In this document: in pieces, positions 33,493 to 35,784 of the stretch
How the letters are laid out: every line of letters starts with the position of its first letter
Numbering within the stretch: the first letter of the stretch is position 1
From: a virus
Taxonomy: Duplodnaviria > Caudoviricetes
IMG/VR virus record: IMGVR_UViG_3300016476_000957
Coordinates: 1 to 35,784 of that record
Strand: one strand, 5' to 3'
DNA: 35,784 bases
The notes under the pieces: generated by a model
The model's database searches: none
The model's input: the letters and a program-made list of their open reading frames with translations, nothing else
Told to the model about the DNA's origin: nothing
Position numbers and translations under genes: made by a program

Positions 33493-33496
33493 ATAT

Positions 33497-33620
33497 TGCT
33501 TGTCTTTCCAAGCTGTCACGATTTTGCTAGTGTCAGACAATTGTTTTGCCTCTCATTACCTCACTAGTTTTGGGGAGTGTCTACCTGATTACCCACATCC
33601 ATTCCGCACCTGCAGGGGAA
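33497..33620 (-). ncRNA. Possible structured leader RNA
   Basis: CTAGTG/CACTAG stem and a 3' hairpin GCTTG-GAAAGA-CAAGC; non-coding and GC-enriched. Confidence 0.35.
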
Positions 33621-33627
33621 AATATCA

Positions 33628-34068
33628 TTAATAGATTAAACAAAGTTTATCTTCAACTTCAAAAATTTCTTCAGCAGTTAAACCTTCACAATAAAATCTA
33701 CCAAATTTAAACTTAAGCTTAATCTGACTATAAGAAAAGCCGGGTTTTTTAATAAATCCTTGAAACTTTTCATCTAACCAAATAATAAATAAAGGATTAG
33801 ATACAGCTAAGCCATAATGACCTTCTTCAAGATAGTCTTTATACTTGTTGTTAAAGTCTTCAACAGTCATAGTATTATTACGGAGTTTATCCTCCATATC
33901 TAAACTTTGATCAGGACTGTACAATTTAGAACATTTACCACAAATATGAGCTTCACCATCTTCAGACCATGTATTAACATATTCACCCTCTTTTATAAAG
34001 GGTTTGCATGTATCACAACTACATGCATTATGAGTAAAGCAATTGGGACAAATAAAACTTCCTTTCAT
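33628..34068 (-). CDS. Two-domain hypothetical protein with a Cys-rich Zn-binding N-terminus
   Basis: CPNCFTHNACSCDTC...CGKC, followed by a domain with YLEEGHYGL and QIKLKF. Confidence 0.75.
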   Translation of the reverse strand: MKGSFICPNCFTHNACSCDTCKPFIKEGEYVNTWSEDGEAHICGKCSKLYSPDQSLDMEDKLRNNTMTVEDFNNKYKDYLEEGHYGLAVSNPLFIIWLDEKFQGFIKKPGFSYSQIKLKFKFGRFYCEGLTAEEIFEVEDKLCLIY

Positions 34069-34082
34069 AGTTAAAAATTTTG

Positions 34083-34156
34083 TGATCCCACCTGGATTTG
34101 AACCAGGAACCTACAGCTTAGAAGGCTGTTGCTCTATCCAGTTGAGCTATGAGACC
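34083..34156 (-). tRNA. tRNA-Arg(UCU)
   Basis: Acceptor GGTCTCA/TGGGATC, D-arm TAGCTCAACTGGATAGAGC, anticodon ACAGC-CT-TCT-AA-GCTGT, T-arm CCTGGTTCAAATCCAGG. Confidence 0.95.
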
Positions 34157-34165
34157 AATCTTTTG

Positions 34166-34459
34166 TTAATCTTCCAGATCTCTCAATATTTTTTTTAATG
34201 CGGTAGTTACAAGCTCTCTCTTGTATTCTTCAAAAGATTCTATCTTATTCATTATATATTGTGTTGCTACAAATATAAGTTCTGAATAGCTAAGTTCATT
34301 TGCAATTTTTTCAGCAATATGACTTGGTTTAGAGCCATCACCTTTAATAACATCTAAAGTAAGAGTTGACAACTTTGTTGTAATCTCATCAAGATGCTTT
34401 TCAGAAATACCTAAAGCCTCAGCAAGGCTATTTTTATCATGATTGAATTCCATTTTCAT
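34166..34459 (-). CDS. Hypothetical protein
   Basis: 97-aa helical ORF. Confidence 0.75.
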   Translation of the reverse strand: MKMEFNHDKNSLAEALGISEKHLDEITTKLSTLTLDVIKGDGSKPSHIAEKIANELSYSELIFVATQYIMNKIESFEEYKRELVTTALKKILRDLED

Positions 34460-34604
34460 TCTTATTTATTTCTTTGATTTTATAATTTAAATACCGAGTT
34501 GTACAACCTAACGCTTTGGCTGCATCTGTAAGAGTATTATATTTTTTGAGAGCTTTCTTAATCAGTATAATCTTAGCTTCTTCTATTGTTAATGGTTTCT
34601 CCAT
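34437..34604 (-). CDS. Fis-type helix-turn-helix protein (55 aa)
   Basis: Not in the ORF track. MEKPLTIEEAKIILIKKALKKYNTLTDAAKALGCTTRYLNYKIKEINKNENGIQS*; TAATG-coupled; Fis/HTH_8 pattern. Confidence 0.75.
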   Translation of the reverse strand: MEKPLTIEEAKIILIKKALKKYNTLTDAAKALGCTTRYLNYKIKEINKNENGIQS

Positions 34605-34873
34605 TAGTAACGTGTATCAGAATAACCTAATTCCTTTGCTTCATCAGGATGTTTTTCAATCCAGTCATGGCAGCTTCTACATACTGAAAGCCAGGTGGAA
34701 GCATCTAGATGATACTTCCCCCTACCTTTCATGTGATGTATGTCCGTAGATCTAAGAGAGCAGTTATAGACTTTAGCTTGACACATTGGAAACTTTTCCA
34801 AATGAGTCTTCCTCAACTTTGAATATTCAGAGTTGGTCTTAACCATTTTCTTAGATACTTTATTTAGGGACAT
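34604..34873 (-). CDS. Small HNH endonuclease-like protein
   Basis: PMCQ...C...DIHHMKGRG...WLSVCRSCHDWI. Confidence 0.75.
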   Translation of the reverse strand: MSLNKVSKKMVKTNSEYSKLRKTHLEKFPMCQAKVYNCSLRSTDIHHMKGRGKYHLDASTWLSVCRSCHDWIEKHPDEAKELGYSDTRY

Positions 34874-35384
34874 TGCCTTTGAGTGTTAAAAAGTTCTTTG
34901 GAAGCAAACCTTCATACATAAATTTCAGTATTACATCTTCATAGGTCAATCCTAGATCTTTCAGAGAAAGAGTATTCTTATATTCCGGAATGTAGTCTTC
35001 TGCCGGTATATCAATGATTGCTCTGACATTTTCTCCAAAGATTTTATAAAGATAATCATTTATCCTCCTATTAGAAACAGTTTGTTTCCAAATGTTGAGA
35101 ACATCTTGGCCTCTTTGCCATACTTTTTTGATTCTTCTTTTTTTATCCCAGTGGAGTTTAGCTTGTTCTTCTGCAGTATACACATTCAATCCGTGTAGTA
35201 CACGTTTGAAAAGAAAATGTTGATGAGGATTAAGCTTTGCATAATCTAATTTCATCAAGTCTTCTTTAGAATGAAGTTGATACTCTTGAAGTAAGCCATA
35301 ATAAGCATACCTTTCTTCTCTTAACTGTAAAAAGTTAATTTGTTGCTGAGTCTTCAGCTGTTGAATTTGTTCTGGATTTAGCAT
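34860..35384 (-). CDS. Hypothetical protein
   Basis: 174-aa ORF. Confidence 0.8.
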   Translation of the reverse strand: MLNPEQIQQLKTQQQINFLQLREERYAYYGLLQEYQLHSKEDLMKLDYAKLNPHQHFLFKRVLHGLNVYTAEEQAKLHWDKKRRIKKVWQRGQDVLNIWKQTVSNRRINDYLYKIFGENVRAIIDIPAEDYIPEYKNTLSLKDLGLTYEDVILKFMYEGLLPKNFLTLKGNVPK

Positions 35385-35412
35385 AAGTTTGGTTTTAAGT
35401 GAATTTTATAAA

Positions 35413-35441
35413 GAAAAAAAGGGTGAGCACATGCCCACCCT
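35413..35441 (-). terminator. Rho-independent terminator
   Basis: Minus strand AGGGTGGGC-ATGT-GCTCACCCT followed by a T-run. Confidence 0.8.
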
Positions 35442-35466
35442 CTTAATCATATTGGTGCTCTAAAAA

Positions 35467-35784
35467 TTACAGTTCAAATGTATCATCTACATCATCAACA
35501 ATAACTTCTTCAGCTACATCATCTACTTCCTCTTCATTTTTCAAATCAAAGGCTTCTTGAATAGATGCTACTGCTTGAGCAGAAATTTTGTTGTTAGATG
35601 GAGCAACACCATTAGCACTGCGGATTGCATCAACATTGTTATGTTGTACAAATTCATCTTGTTCATTAGGATCAGCTGTGTAATAAGTGATTCTATAAAT
35701 AGGCTCACCATCAATACAGCAAACAATTCCTGTCTCACCTGCAATTTTCAAGTGTTGATCAGGATCTTCTTCACTAAATGGAGT
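35467..35784 (-). CDS. 3' part of a protein with an acidic C-terminal tail (possible nucleic-acid-binding/SSB-like), truncated by the window edge
   Basis: The frame stays open to the window end (TPFSEEDPDQHLKIAG...); ends DDVDDTFEL; followed by a terminator. Confidence 0.75.
   Translation of the reverse strand, partial: TPFSEEDPDQHLKIAGETGIVCCIDGEPIYRITYYTADPNEQDEFVQHNNVDAIRSANGVAPSNNKISAQAVASIQEAFDLKNEEEVDDVAEEVIVDDVDDTFEL

Noticed and set aside
30375-34156. Prophage attachment site or host chromosomal tRNA locus
   Set aside because: No integrase, no duplicated tRNA 3' end and no host housekeeping genes. The UGU, UAA and UCU anticodons suit the phage's A-ending codons.
4759-34749. Short plus-strand ORFs inside the minus block (e.g. 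4759-4962, 5716-5949, 8705-8935, 10015-10305, 11427-11654, 16193-16411, 22786-23019, 24001-24309, 34516-34749)
   Set aside because: They lie antisense to recognisable genes and have no motifs. Only 27139-27561 occupies its own space.
1-35784. Stop-codon reassignment (seen in some crAss-like phages)
   Set aside because: Long conserved genes (polB, helicases, primase) are intact in the standard code, TAA, TGA and TAG all serve as real stops, coding density is near complete, and no suppressor tRNA was found.

Overview
This is an AT-rich fragment of a lytic dsDNA tailed phage genome. The host is most likely Bacteroidota (Flavobacteriia-like): there are TAnnTTTG promoter elements, no obvious Shine-Dalgarno motifs, and a crAss-like replisome. 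The standard genetic code reads cleanly. Positions 1-4331 (+) are the end of a late region: many tiny Lys-rich proteins mixed with holin-like membrane proteins, a probable unimolecular spanin and a Gly/Thr-rich tail-fibre-like protein. Positions 4328-35784 are almost all on the minus strand and look like early/middle genes. They include a DUF932-like protein, a spore-photoproduct-lyase-family radical SAM enzyme, ThyX, a HAD hydrolase, dNMP kinase, two MazG-like proteins, family B DNA polymerase, a HotDog thioesterase and a PD-(D/E)XK exonuclease. A 7-gene MoxR-AAA/vWA-metallopeptidase operon follows, then a RusA-like resolvase, primase, SSB-like protein, Sak4-like ATPase, DnaB-like helicase and UDG. 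The remainder holds an array of small accessory genes joined by repeated junction sequences, an SF2 helicase, a GH73-like muramidase and four tRNAs. The most novel-looking signals are: (i) structured non-coding RNAs alternating with tRNAs at 32.9-33.6 kb; (ii) the AAA/vWA operon with three motif-sharing partner proteins; (iii) direct repeats at gene junctions that suggest cassette exchange; (iv) an SPL-like enzyme with a CX3CX4C motif in a genome rich in small basic proteins; (v) a shared M(F/I)STKN N-terminus on three replication-operon genes. All family names come from motif recognition by eye; no database search was run.
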